Source of the DNA: a virus
Length of the DNA stretch: 64,000 bases
Strand: one strand, 5' to 3'
IMG/VR virus record: IMGVR_UViG_3300032315_001657
Coordinates: 1 to 64,000 of that record
The position numbers were made by a program, and so were the translations under genes. Of the stretch, positions 43,778 to 52,381 are shown piece by piece. Position 1 is the first letter of the stretch. The number at the start of each line of letters is the position of its first letter. Below the pieces are notes generated by a model. The model ran no database searches. It saw only the letters and a program-made list of their open reading frames with translations, and had not been told where the DNA came from.

Positions 43778-44699
43778 AAAAAACAGATCAAGATTTACTC
43801 TTCGTATGATCGAAGAGTTACTGAAATGTAAATATTTAAATCAGTGTAGCCTGTTTATTTACACTGAAAGAGATGGCGTAGACACGTTAAAACAGTTTTT
43901 TAGTTCAAAAAAAACAGAGCTTACAACATCTTTAGTTGTTTTAGGAGACTCGAATTACACTGACAGAGTTAAAAATGCACATAAAAGTATAGCTGAATTT
44001 TCTTGTAAGATGGATGATGACGTCTTAATGAGTCATTATGTATGGGACTTTTTATTTGAAAGCTTAGATAAGATTACATCAGAACATCCAATTATATCTC
44101 CTATTTTTACAAACGGTATTCCATCAGCTAATACCTTTGTTGAAGATTTTATAGAAAGACAAGAAGATGTACAAACCGCTCACAATTGGTTTTTAACAGA
44201 ACGTATTGCTGACACAGAATGGGGATTAAATTATACACCTATTAATGAAAAACTGAGTAGTATGAAGTTATGGTGTGATAGGGAGTATTGGGAAGCAGTT
44301 ACGGATATTAATACCGAATGGGATACGAGACCTTTACCCTGGTATTACTTTATGGTACGTGGTGTACATCCTGCTAGATACTCAAGACATTACAATATGT
44401 TTATCGCAGATCAAATTATTAACAATAAAGATAAATTTTTTAGAAAAAATAATTACTGGCTGGATACAATTACAGCTCCTTACTTTTGTAATAATTTATT
44501 TGTCGCTAAGACAGAGTATTGGAAGAACTCTGCTAATCTGTTTACTGATGGCTGGGATGAAGGTCAATTAACATTACAAATGAAACTTGATAACACTACC
44601 CCGCTTTATATAAGAAATGGTTTTGCTATTCATATGGCGTATGGTATGACGCGTAACCAACAAGAAATTGAAACATACTATATGCAACATTTAACATAA
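43713..44699 (+). CDS. putative glycosyltransferase
   Basis: KMDDD motif, DE, H.AY; island context. Confidence 0.5.
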   Translation: MSTSKNTTIPRLQINLFTCNPKKNRSRFTLRMIEELLKCKYLNQCSLFIYTERDGVDTLKQFFSSKKTELTTSLVVLGDSNYTDRVKNAHKSIAEFSCKMDDDVLMSHYVWDFLFESLDKITSEHPIISPIFTNGIPSANTFVEDFIERQEDVQTAHNWFLTERIADTEWGLNYTPINEKLSSMKLWCDREYWEAVTDINTEWDTRPLPWYYFMVRGVHPARYSRHYNMFIADQIINNKDKFFRKNNYWLDTITAPYFCNNLFVAKTEYWKNSANLFTDGWDEGQLTLQMKLDNTTPLYIRNGFAIHMAYGMTRNQQEIETYYMQHLT

Positions 44700-44700
44700 T

Positions 44701-45477
44701 ATGAAATACGTAATAATTAAAAATAATGGAGATTGTGGTTTGTGTGGTTATGTTTGGCAGGTATTACGAGCAATACATAAGTACCCGAACCGCAAATACT
44801 ATATTGATTTTTCACAAGGGTGCAAGTATCAAGATGCTTATATTACAGATACCGGAAATGTATGGGAGTACTATTTTAAACAACCAGGGAATTCAACATA
44901 CCCTCTTAGTAGTGATATCGAGATAATATTAGAATCTATTATAGACGAGCCAGAGAGTGAATTTCGAGATATTTACATGGTAAATCCTACCCTCGAATAT
45001 ATTTCTAACCGTCGTTACGAATTTAATAAAATTCTAACTGAAAATATACATTTACAGCCAGCCATAGAAAAAAAAATACAAAAATTTATTACTGACAATT
45101 TCACTAATAAGCGTGTATTAGGTGTACATTTTAGAGGAACTGATCATCCTGATAAGCAATCTGTTTTTAATTACTTTCAAAGTATAAAAGATAAAGCTGC
45201 TAATTATGATGTTATTTTCTGTGCATCCGATGAAGAATATCGCATAAATGCTCTCAAAGCTGTTTTTGGAAAAAAGGTAGTAAACTATAATAGTATCCGT
45301 AGTGAATCTGAACAACCTCTTCATTATAGTAATAAACCTAAATTTAAAATAGGGGAAGATGTAATAATAGAAACATATATTATGGCTAATACAGATTTTT
45401 TATTTTGCTGCAGTAATTCAAATGTAAATTATCTTGCAAGAGCTATAAATCCGAAATTAGAATCGATAGCATTATAA
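44701..45477 (+). CDS. NodZ/GT23-like fucosyltransferase
   Basis: LGVHFRGTD, IFCASD, SNV. Confidence 0.7.
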   Translation: MKYVIIKNNGDCGLCGYVWQVLRAIHKYPNRKYYIDFSQGCKYQDAYITDTGNVWEYYFKQPGNSTYPLSSDIEIILESIIDEPESEFRDIYMVNPTLEYISNRRYEFNKILTENIHLQPAIEKKIQKFITDNFTNKRVLGVHFRGTDHPDKQSVFNYFQSIKDKAANYDVIFCASDEEYRINALKAVFGKKVVNYNSIRSESEQPLHYSNKPKFKIGEDVIIETYIMANTDFLFCCSNSNVNYLARAINPKLESIAL

Positions 45478-45481
45478 CAAT

Positions 45482-46336
45482 ATGTCAGATAAAATTTCTG
45501 TATTTGGTTCAACGGGGTTTATTGGTAAAAGATTTTGTGAATTATATAAAGATGATGTAGTACAAATTGAACGCAATACATATTCTTCTGATACTAATAA
45601 TATTTTATATATGATTAGCACTGTAGATAACTACAATGTTCATAGTGATTTACACATTGATGTGGATACTAATTTAACGGTGCTCTTAAAAGTAATCGAT
45701 AATATTAAAGATAAAAAAGATGTTATCTTTAATTTTATTAGTTCTTGGTTTGTATATGGAAAAAACAACGAAATTCCATTTAGAGAAGATTACTCTAAAT
45801 GTAGTCCAACGGGATTTTATTCTATAACCAAACATTGTGCAGAACAATTATTAATTTCGTTTTGCGAAACATACGATATCAAATATAGAATATTTCGACT
45901 AGCAAATGTAATTGGAGAAGGAGATACAAAGATATCAAAGAAAAAAAATGCTCTGCAGTTCCTTATTAAAGAAATAGTTCACAATAATGAAGTCCCACTA
46001 TATTATGGAGGAGAAGTATTAAGAGATTATATCTACGTAGATGACGTATGTGATGCAATTAAACTTTGTATGGACAAAGCTCCAACTGATCAAATTATTA
46101 ATATAGGTAGCGGAAAACCGTATAGATTTTTAGATTTAATTGAGAATGCAATTGCTTACTCTAATTCTACTTCGGAAATTAAAGAAATTAAACCAACAAA
46201 TTTTCATAATATAGTACAAGTACGACATTCATATCTCAATACGACTAAATTACAATCATACGGGTTTGAAATAAAGTACAATATTAATACTATAGTAGAA
46301 CGTCTTGTTGATTTTTATAGACAAAACAGTAAATAA
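45482..46336 (+). CDS. NAD-dependent epimerase/dehydratase
   Basis: GSTGFIG, SS..VYG, YSITK. Confidence 0.85.
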   Translation: MSDKISVFGSTGFIGKRFCELYKDDVVQIERNTYSSDTNNILYMISTVDNYNVHSDLHIDVDTNLTVLLKVIDNIKDKKDVIFNFISSWFVYGKNNEIPFREDYSKCSPTGFYSITKHCAEQLLISFCETYDIKYRIFRLANVIGEGDTKISKKKNALQFLIKEIVHNNEVPLYYGGEVLRDYIYVDDVCDAIKLCMDKAPTDQIINIGSGKPYRFLDLIENAIAYSNSTSEIKEIKPTNFHNIVQVRHSYLNTTKLQSYGFEIKYNINTIVERLVDFYRQNSK

Positions 46337-46349
46337 GATAAATTTTAAA

Positions 46350-47297
46350 ATGAAAAAAGTTGTATATATAACTGGCTGCCTTGGTTTTATCGGTTCATAT
46401 ATTGTTAGAGCTTGTCTTTTAAAGGGTTGGTACGTAAAAGGCGTGGATAAAATTACATACGCCGCTAATAGAACATTACTAAAAGAGTTTAATGATTATA
46501 CCAATTTCACTTTTGTAAATTGTGATATAAATGAATTAAAATTTTTGTACGAGTGTGACTATATTATTAATACTGCTGCGGAAACACATGTTGGTAATTC
46601 TATTGCAAATAGTGACGAGTTTGTGAGCTCCAACATTACAGGGGTTCACAATATTCTTGAGTTAATTAAAAATTATAGACAGGAAACTAATAGAAAACCA
46701 ATATTAATACATTTTAGTACTGATGAGGTATATGGAGACATAATTAAAGGTGCTCATACAGAAGCAGACTTACTTAAACCTAGCAACCCATATTCTGCTA
46801 CAAAAGCTGCAGCTGACATGTTAGTAATTGCTTGGAATAGAACCTACAATATACCTTATATTATTGTAAGACCTACTAACAATTATGGTATTGGACAATA
46901 TGTAGAAAAGCTTATACCTAAAGCTTGTAAATACTTAATGCTTGATAAAAAACTACCATTACATAATAATGGTACACCTATACGCAATTGGCTTCATGCT
47001 CGAGACACTGCATCAGCAATTATTAAGATAATTGAAAGTAGTGTTAAAAATGAAATATACAATATTAACGGTGATTACGAGCAAAGTAATTATCAAACAT
47101 TTGAAAAAATAGTAGCTCTTTATGATAAAAAGAACGTTGAAGATTATATAGATTTTTCCTACAATAGAGAAGGTCAAGATTTGAGATATGCTCTTGATGA
47201 TAGTAAATTAAGAAATTTAGGATGGAAACCAGAAGCTGACTTTAATAAAGAACTTTTTGAGATTGTGAAATACTATAAAGAAAAATATATATGGTAA
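46350..47297 (+). CDS. rmlB: dTDP-glucose 4,6-dehydratase (RmlB-like)
   Basis: TG..GFIG, DKITYA, AAETHV, STDEVYG, PYSATKAA, NNYG, EKLIP, R.GQDLRY. Confidence 0.88.
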   Translation: MKKVVYITGCLGFIGSYIVRACLLKGWYVKGVDKITYAANRTLLKEFNDYTNFTFVNCDINELKFLYECDYIINTAAETHVGNSIANSDEFVSSNITGVHNILELIKNYRQETNRKPILIHFSTDEVYGDIIKGAHTEADLLKPSNPYSATKAAADMLVIAWNRTYNIPYIIVRPTNNYGIGQYVEKLIPKACKYLMLDKKLPLHNNGTPIRNWLHARDTASAIIKIIESSVKNEIYNINGDYEQSNYQTFEKIVALYDKKNVEDYIDFSYNREGQDLRYALDDSKLRNLGWKPEADFNKELFEIVKYYKEKYIW

Positions 47298-47920
47298 CTG
47301 CAGAAGAGTTGATAAAATTTGAGCGAGAAATCGGGGATACGTTTGATAGTGGTGCAATTAAAGCCCCTATTCATCTATATCACGGCAATGAAGATGTAAT
47401 GCTTGAGATTTTTAAGTATATTAATATTGAAGAAGACTGGGTGTGTTGTACTTGGCGAAATCATTATCAAGGACTTTTAAAGGGTATACCTCAAAATGTT
47501 TTAAAGGAAAATATTGTTAGCGGTAAGTCAATGGTTCTAACGTTACCAGAGTATAAATTTATTTGTAGCTCAATTGTAGGGGGTATACCCTCTATTGCAG
47601 CTGGTATTGCGTTATCAATTAAATTAAAAGGCAAGACAAATAAAGTTTGGTGTTGGGTTGGAGACATGAGTGCAGAAACTGGAGCGTTTCATGAAGCTTA
47701 TAAATACAGCCTAAATCACAATTTACCTATCACTTTTATTATTGAGGATAATAAAAAATCAGTATGTACCCCAACGGCCCCTATTTGGGGTAGAGAAAAT
47801 CCGTATTATCTTAATACAGAATATACAGGCGGGATAGTTAAACAAAAAAACTTAATTTATTATCAATATAGTAATACTGAGTACCCTCACGCAGGGGCAG
47901 GTAAGCGTGTCCAGTTTTAA
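47291..47920 (+). CDS. TPP-dependent enzyme, E1-alpha-like subunit
   Basis: HL..G.E, R.H, SIVGG, GD...E.G.F.E, F..EDN. Confidence 0.8.
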   Translation: MVTAEELIKFEREIGDTFDSGAIKAPIHLYHGNEDVMLEIFKYINIEEDWVCCTWRNHYQGLLKGIPQNVLKENIVSGKSMVLTLPEYKFICSSIVGGIPSIAAGIALSIKLKGKTNKVWCWVGDMSAETGAFHEAYKYSLNHNLPITFIIEDNKKSVCTPTAPIWGRENPYYLNTEYTGGIVKQKNLIYYQYSNTEYPHAGAGKRVQF

Positions 47921-47925
47921 ATAAT

Positions 47926-48462
47926 ATGAAATATTTTAATGAATTAAAAAAAGCTATGACTATACTAGCTGAACACCCTAATACTATTTTTATTGGTCAA
48001 GCAGTAGAGTATGAGGGTACAGGTCTTTACGATTCTTTAGAGCATCTCCCTAAACATAAAAAAATGGAACTACCTGTTGCTGAATATTTGCAGTCAGGAA
48101 TTGCTAACGGTTTAGCTATAGAGGGAATGATACCTGTATCTATTTTTCCGAGATGGAATTTTTTACTTATGGGCACTGATCAAATTATTAATCATCTTGA
48201 TAAATTTTCTTTAATGTCAAGAGGTGGATGTAATCCAAAAGTAATAATTAGAGTTGCCGCAGGTAGTGAAAGACCTGTTGATCCGCAAGATCAACATAAA
48301 GGAAATTTCAGTGAGGCATTTAGACTAATGTGTAAAACACTTGATATAATAGAACTGTTTGAGCCTGAAGATATTGTTCCCAGTTATGAAAAAGCTCTAA
48401 ACAGAACTGATGGTAGGAGCACTATCTTAGTTGAGTTTGGAGATTTTAGTAAAGAAAAATGA
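47926..48462 (+). CDS. TPP-dependent enzyme, E1-beta/transketolase pyrimidine-binding subunit
   Basis: ELPVAE...G.A.GLA..G..P, DQIIN, QH. Confidence 0.8.
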   Translation: MKYFNELKKAMTILAEHPNTIFIGQAVEYEGTGLYDSLEHLPKHKKMELPVAEYLQSGIANGLAIEGMIPVSIFPRWNFLLMGTDQIINHLDKFSLMSRGGCNPKVIIRVAAGSERPVDPQDQHKGNFSEAFRLMCKTLDIIELFEPEDIVPSYEKALNRTDGRSTILVEFGDFSKEK

Positions 48463-49259
48463 ACGTGCTTATTACAGGTGGCAACGGGTTTATAGCAAAA
48501 AATATAAAAAACAGTTTAAAAAGTTTTTTTGATATAGATACCATTTCAAGACAAGATTTTAATTTATTAGATACTAATAAAGTTAATGATTTTTTTAAAA
48601 ATAAATTTTATGATGTAATTATTCACACTGCTATCGCAGGGGGTAGTAGGCTAAAAGAAGACAACCCTTCAATAGTGTATGAAAATACTTTAATGTTGTA
48701 TAATATTTTAGACAATAAAAGTAGTTATAGAAGATTAATAAATTTAGGATCAGGAGCTGAACTAACTTATCCTAAAACCCCTTACGGTATGAGCAAAAAT
48801 ATAATCTCTAATACTATAAAACCTTTAAAAGAACATTACAATTTACGTATATTTGCTGTTTTTAGTGAAAATGAACTAAACACTAGATTTATTAAATCAA
48901 ATATTTTAAGATATTTAAATAAAAAAAATTTAATTATACATCAAAATAAATTTATGGATTTTTTTAGTTTAAATGACTTTATAAAGGTTATAAAAATGTA
49001 TATCACCGCAGAGACTATACATCTGGACAAAACATTTGACTGCTGTTATAATAAAAAATACTCGTTATTAGATATTGCTAATATTATTAATAGTTTAGAT
49101 GATTATAAGGTTAATATAAATATTTTAAACAGCTTGACTACAGGCTCGAGCTACACGGGAAATAAACCTACAAAGTGTAATTTAAAGTACTATGGTTTAG
49201 AAAGTAGTATAAGAAAGGTTTTTAAAGCTCTTAAAAAAAACAAACTACAAATTAGTTAG
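48459..49259 (+). CDS. NAD-dependent epimerase/reductase
   Basis: TGGNGFIA, GSGAE, YGMSK. Confidence 0.8.
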   Translation: MNVLITGGNGFIAKNIKNSLKSFFDIDTISRQDFNLLDTNKVNDFFKNKFYDVIIHTAIAGGSRLKEDNPSIVYENTLMLYNILDNKSSYRRLINLGSGAELTYPKTPYGMSKNIISNTIKPLKEHYNLRIFAVFSENELNTRFIKSNILRYLNKKNLIIHQNKFMDFFSLNDFIKVIKMYITAETIHLDKTFDCCYNKKYSLLDIANIINSLDDYKVNINILNSLTTGSSYTGNKPTKCNLKYYGLESSIRKVFKALKKNKLQIS

Positions 49260-49306
49260 CTTTATTAAAGTAGATATTTTTTAACTTTTTATTATAATCA
49301 ATAGTA

Positions 49307-51103
49307 GTGCGTTTAGTAAATTTTAAATCTCTTACGATCAAGAACTTTCTCTCTGTTGGAGAAACACCAGTAACTATTAATTTCCAAACCGGGGTTAACG
49401 TTATTACAGGTATTAATTACGACAAAGAAGACTCTAAGAACGGTGTCGGTAAATCTACCATAGCAGATGCACTTTACTTTTCGTTGTTTGGAACAACTAT
49501 TAGAGATTTACCTAAAGACTTAATAGTCAATTCTTTTACTAAGAAAAAATGTGAGGTAATTTTAGACTTCGATATTGAAAACGGTAACGGCTTATCTCAG
49601 TATCGTATCATAAGGACTATTAATCCTACTAAATGTCATATGACAAAGAACGGGGAGGATATAACCCGTTCTACTATGGCTAAGACAAACGAGTTTATTC
49701 AAAGACTTGTTATGTCCAATGGTAAGATTTTTCAAAACTCTGTCATAATGACTATTAATACAACTGTACCTTTTATGGCACAGTCTAAGATCGATAAGAG
49801 AAAGTTTATCGAGAGTATTCTTAGTCTTGAAGTCTTTTCAGATATGCTTTCAAAAGCTAGAGAAGAGCATAACATACTTAAAAAAGATTATGAAGTGTTA
49901 TTTACTAAGGTAGAAGGTATTGAAAAAGGTTACAAATTTAATAAAGAGCAACTTGATGCTTTTGAAGAAACAAAAAAATTAAAGATCGAAACTTTAACAA
50001 AACGTATTGAAGAGAGTAAAGCTAAAATTGAAGATCTTAAAAAGAGTATTAAAGTTCTTCCTAATGATGTTATAGAAAAACTCGACATTAAACTTCAGCA
50101 ATGCAATGAAGAACTACAAGAATCACAAAAACTTTATAAAATTGCCTATCAGGTTTTAGCTGATGTTAAAAGTAAAATTAGTCATATTGAAGATCAGTTA
50201 AAAGAAATTGAAAAAGTTGGTGCTATTTGTACAACTTGTAAGAGAGCATACTCTGACGATGATCTCAAACATAAAGAATCTAATAAAAAAGAACTTAACA
50301 ATAAATTAAAAGTTCTAACAAAAGAACTTAATACTGCTCAAAAGACTCTTGATGAAGTAAATGCCTTTCAGGTTAAAAAAGAAAAAGAAATAAAGGATAT
50401 TCAAGATAATAAAAATATTGTAAAAGATATCTTAAACAATAATAAAAATACTGAAACTAAGATCGGGCTTATTAACGAAAATATTCAAGAACTCTTAAAA
50501 GAAATTGAAGAGGTTAAAGGACAGACAAATGAAGCTTTAGAGAATGTTGTAAAAGAGCTCGAACAAAAGCTTAAAACTGGAAAAGTTGATTTAGAAAAAT
50601 TAGATCATGAATGTAATGTTCTCGAATGTGTTAAGTTTGTAGTATCTGAAGAGGGTGTTAAGTCATACATTGTTAAAAAGATCTTAGCTGTCTTAAACGG
50701 AAGAATGGCATACTACCTCGAGAAACTTCATGCTAACTGTTTGTGTCAATTCGATGAGTTCTTTGACGAACAGATTACAGATGAAAAAGCAGAACATAAA
50801 TCCTATTTTAACTTCTCTGGCGGAGAGCGTAAGAGAATTGATTTAGCTTGTCTGTTCTCATTCTTAGATATTCGTAGAATGCAAGGAGATGTGCACTTCT
50901 CAACTATCTTCTATGATGAGCTTTTAGATTCTTCTTTAGATGATAAAGGGGTAGAACTAGTTTTAGACGTTCTCCGGGAAAGAGCTTTAAAGCATAACGA
51001 AAACTGTTATATTATTACTCATCGAGGTACTACTATTACAGAGAAAATTGATAATACAATATTTCTGGAAAAACGTAACAATTTTACATATTTATTACCA
51101 TAA
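49307..51103 (+). CDS. recombination ATPase (gp46/SbcC/Rad50-like), GTG start
   Basis: KNFLSVG, NGVGKST, coiled coil with CTTC hook, FSGGE, YDELLD, ITH. Confidence 0.92.
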   Translation: MRLVNFKSLTIKNFLSVGETPVTINFQTGVNVITGINYDKEDSKNGVGKSTIADALYFSLFGTTIRDLPKDLIVNSFTKKKCEVILDFDIENGNGLSQYRIIRTINPTKCHMTKNGEDITRSTMAKTNEFIQRLVMSNGKIFQNSVIMTINTTVPFMAQSKIDKRKFIESILSLEVFSDMLSKAREEHNILKKDYEVLFTKVEGIEKGYKFNKEQLDAFEETKKLKIETLTKRIEESKAKIEDLKKSIKVLPNDVIEKLDIKLQQCNEELQESQKLYKIAYQVLADVKSKISHIEDQLKEIEKVGAICTTCKRAYSDDDLKHKESNKKELNNKLKVLTKELNTAQKTLDEVNAFQVKKEKEIKDIQDNKNIVKDILNNNKNTETKIGLINENIQELLKEIEEVKGQTNEALENVVKELEQKLKTGKVDLEKLDHECNVLECVKFVVSEEGVKSYIVKKILAVLNGRMAYYLEKLHANCLCQFDEFFDEQITDEKAEHKSYFNFSGGERKRIDLACLFSFLDIRRMQGDVHFSTIFYDELLDSSLDDKGVELVLDVLRERALKHNENCYIITHRGTTITEKIDNTIFLEKRNNFTYLLP

Positions 51104-51107
51104 CCTT

Positions 51108-52367
51108 ATGTCTCAATTTGTAATTCAGCAATCCGGTCTATCCAATATTATGGGCGCACCCATTGGACTACCCCCTTTTATACCCTCTACCACTCAAGTA
51201 CTTCATGCTAGACCTAATGGAGATTTACCACCACCTGAAATACCAGGGGAAGGTTTGTCAAGAGCTATAAATTACCTTGCTGATTATGGTGGATGTTCTT
51301 GGTACCGTTGCATGGCTCCAAACCTAATGCTTAATCTCTACCAAAAAGCAGTTCTTTTAGAACTAACTACAATGGTGCTTGATCCGAGATTTTATAATGG
51401 AGTGAAGGCAGTTAAAATTCAGCGTCAGGCAACACCCATTCAAAGAGACTTTGTTAAGATGCTTAAAGAGATTTCTCGTCAAATGCCTGATGGAGGATTC
51501 AAACTTATCTATGAAATTGACGATATTGTTTTTAGAGAAGATATTCCTGACTTTAATAGAAACAAAGATGCTTTTGTTGCAGATGAAATTCGTAACTCGA
51601 TCTTAGAGATTCTTGATATGTGTGATGAAGTCACAGTAACTTGTGAGTTCATGAAGGATTATTTTGACGAAAAAATGGGAATTAAAAAATCAACCGTGAT
51701 ACCTAACTACCTTCTTAAATGGTGGTTTGACCGGTATTACAATCTTGGAGAATTGGTTAAAAATTTCGAAAAAAATAAAAAGAAACCTGTTGTATCTATT
51801 TTTGCTTCAGGCACTCACGTTGATGTTACAAACAGAACTGGACAGAAGGACGACTTTGAAATGGTAGTACCTGCTATTATTAAGACGAGAAAAGACTTTA
51901 GGTGGAAGTTCTACGGAAGTTACCCACTGCCCTTAAAACCTTTTATTGATCGAGGTGAGATGGAGTTTCATCAGTGGGCTCCATTGCCCGAGTTTCCAGC
52001 TACTATGGCTGAATCTGGTACTCAATTAACTTTTGCAGCTCTTCAGGACAACAACTTTAACCGTGCTAAAAGTAATATTAAGTTGCTTGAAGCCGCCGCA
52101 CTAGGTATTCCTTGTGTGTGCCCAGATATGTGTACATACAAGGATGCCTTCTTAAAATATTCTAATGCTAACGAGTTTATTGATTGTATTAAAACTGCTA
52201 CTAAGAATCAGTCTGTTTATGCTGATCTTTGTAAAAAGTCTCGCGCATATGCCGATAACTTCTGGTTAGAAGACGAAAAGAATCTCATGAAGCATCATGA
52301 GGCATATTTTACCCCGTTTGGTTCCCCTGATCGTAAGTATTTGCTTGAGACTAACCCAAAACCATAA
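51108..52367 (+). CDS. GT-B fold glycosyltransferase
   Basis: GC.WYR, YEIDD, H, L.DN.FN.AKS.IK.LE.AALG.P. Confidence 0.75.
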   Translation: MSQFVIQQSGLSNIMGAPIGLPPFIPSTTQVLHARPNGDLPPPEIPGEGLSRAINYLADYGGCSWYRCMAPNLMLNLYQKAVLLELTTMVLDPRFYNGVKAVKIQRQATPIQRDFVKMLKEISRQMPDGGFKLIYEIDDIVFREDIPDFNRNKDAFVADEIRNSILEILDMCDEVTVTCEFMKDYFDEKMGIKKSTVIPNYLLKWWFDRYYNLGELVKNFEKNKKKPVVSIFASGTHVDVTNRTGQKDDFEMVVPAIIKTRKDFRWKFYGSYPLPLKPFIDRGEMEFHQWAPLPEFPATMAESGTQLTFAALQDNNFNRAKSNIKLLEAAALGIPCVCPDMCTYKDAFLKYSNANEFIDCIKTATKNQSVYADLCKKSRAYADNFWLEDEKNLMKHHEAYFTPFGSPDRKYLLETNPKP

Positions 52368-52381
52368 TACAATAGGTCTTA

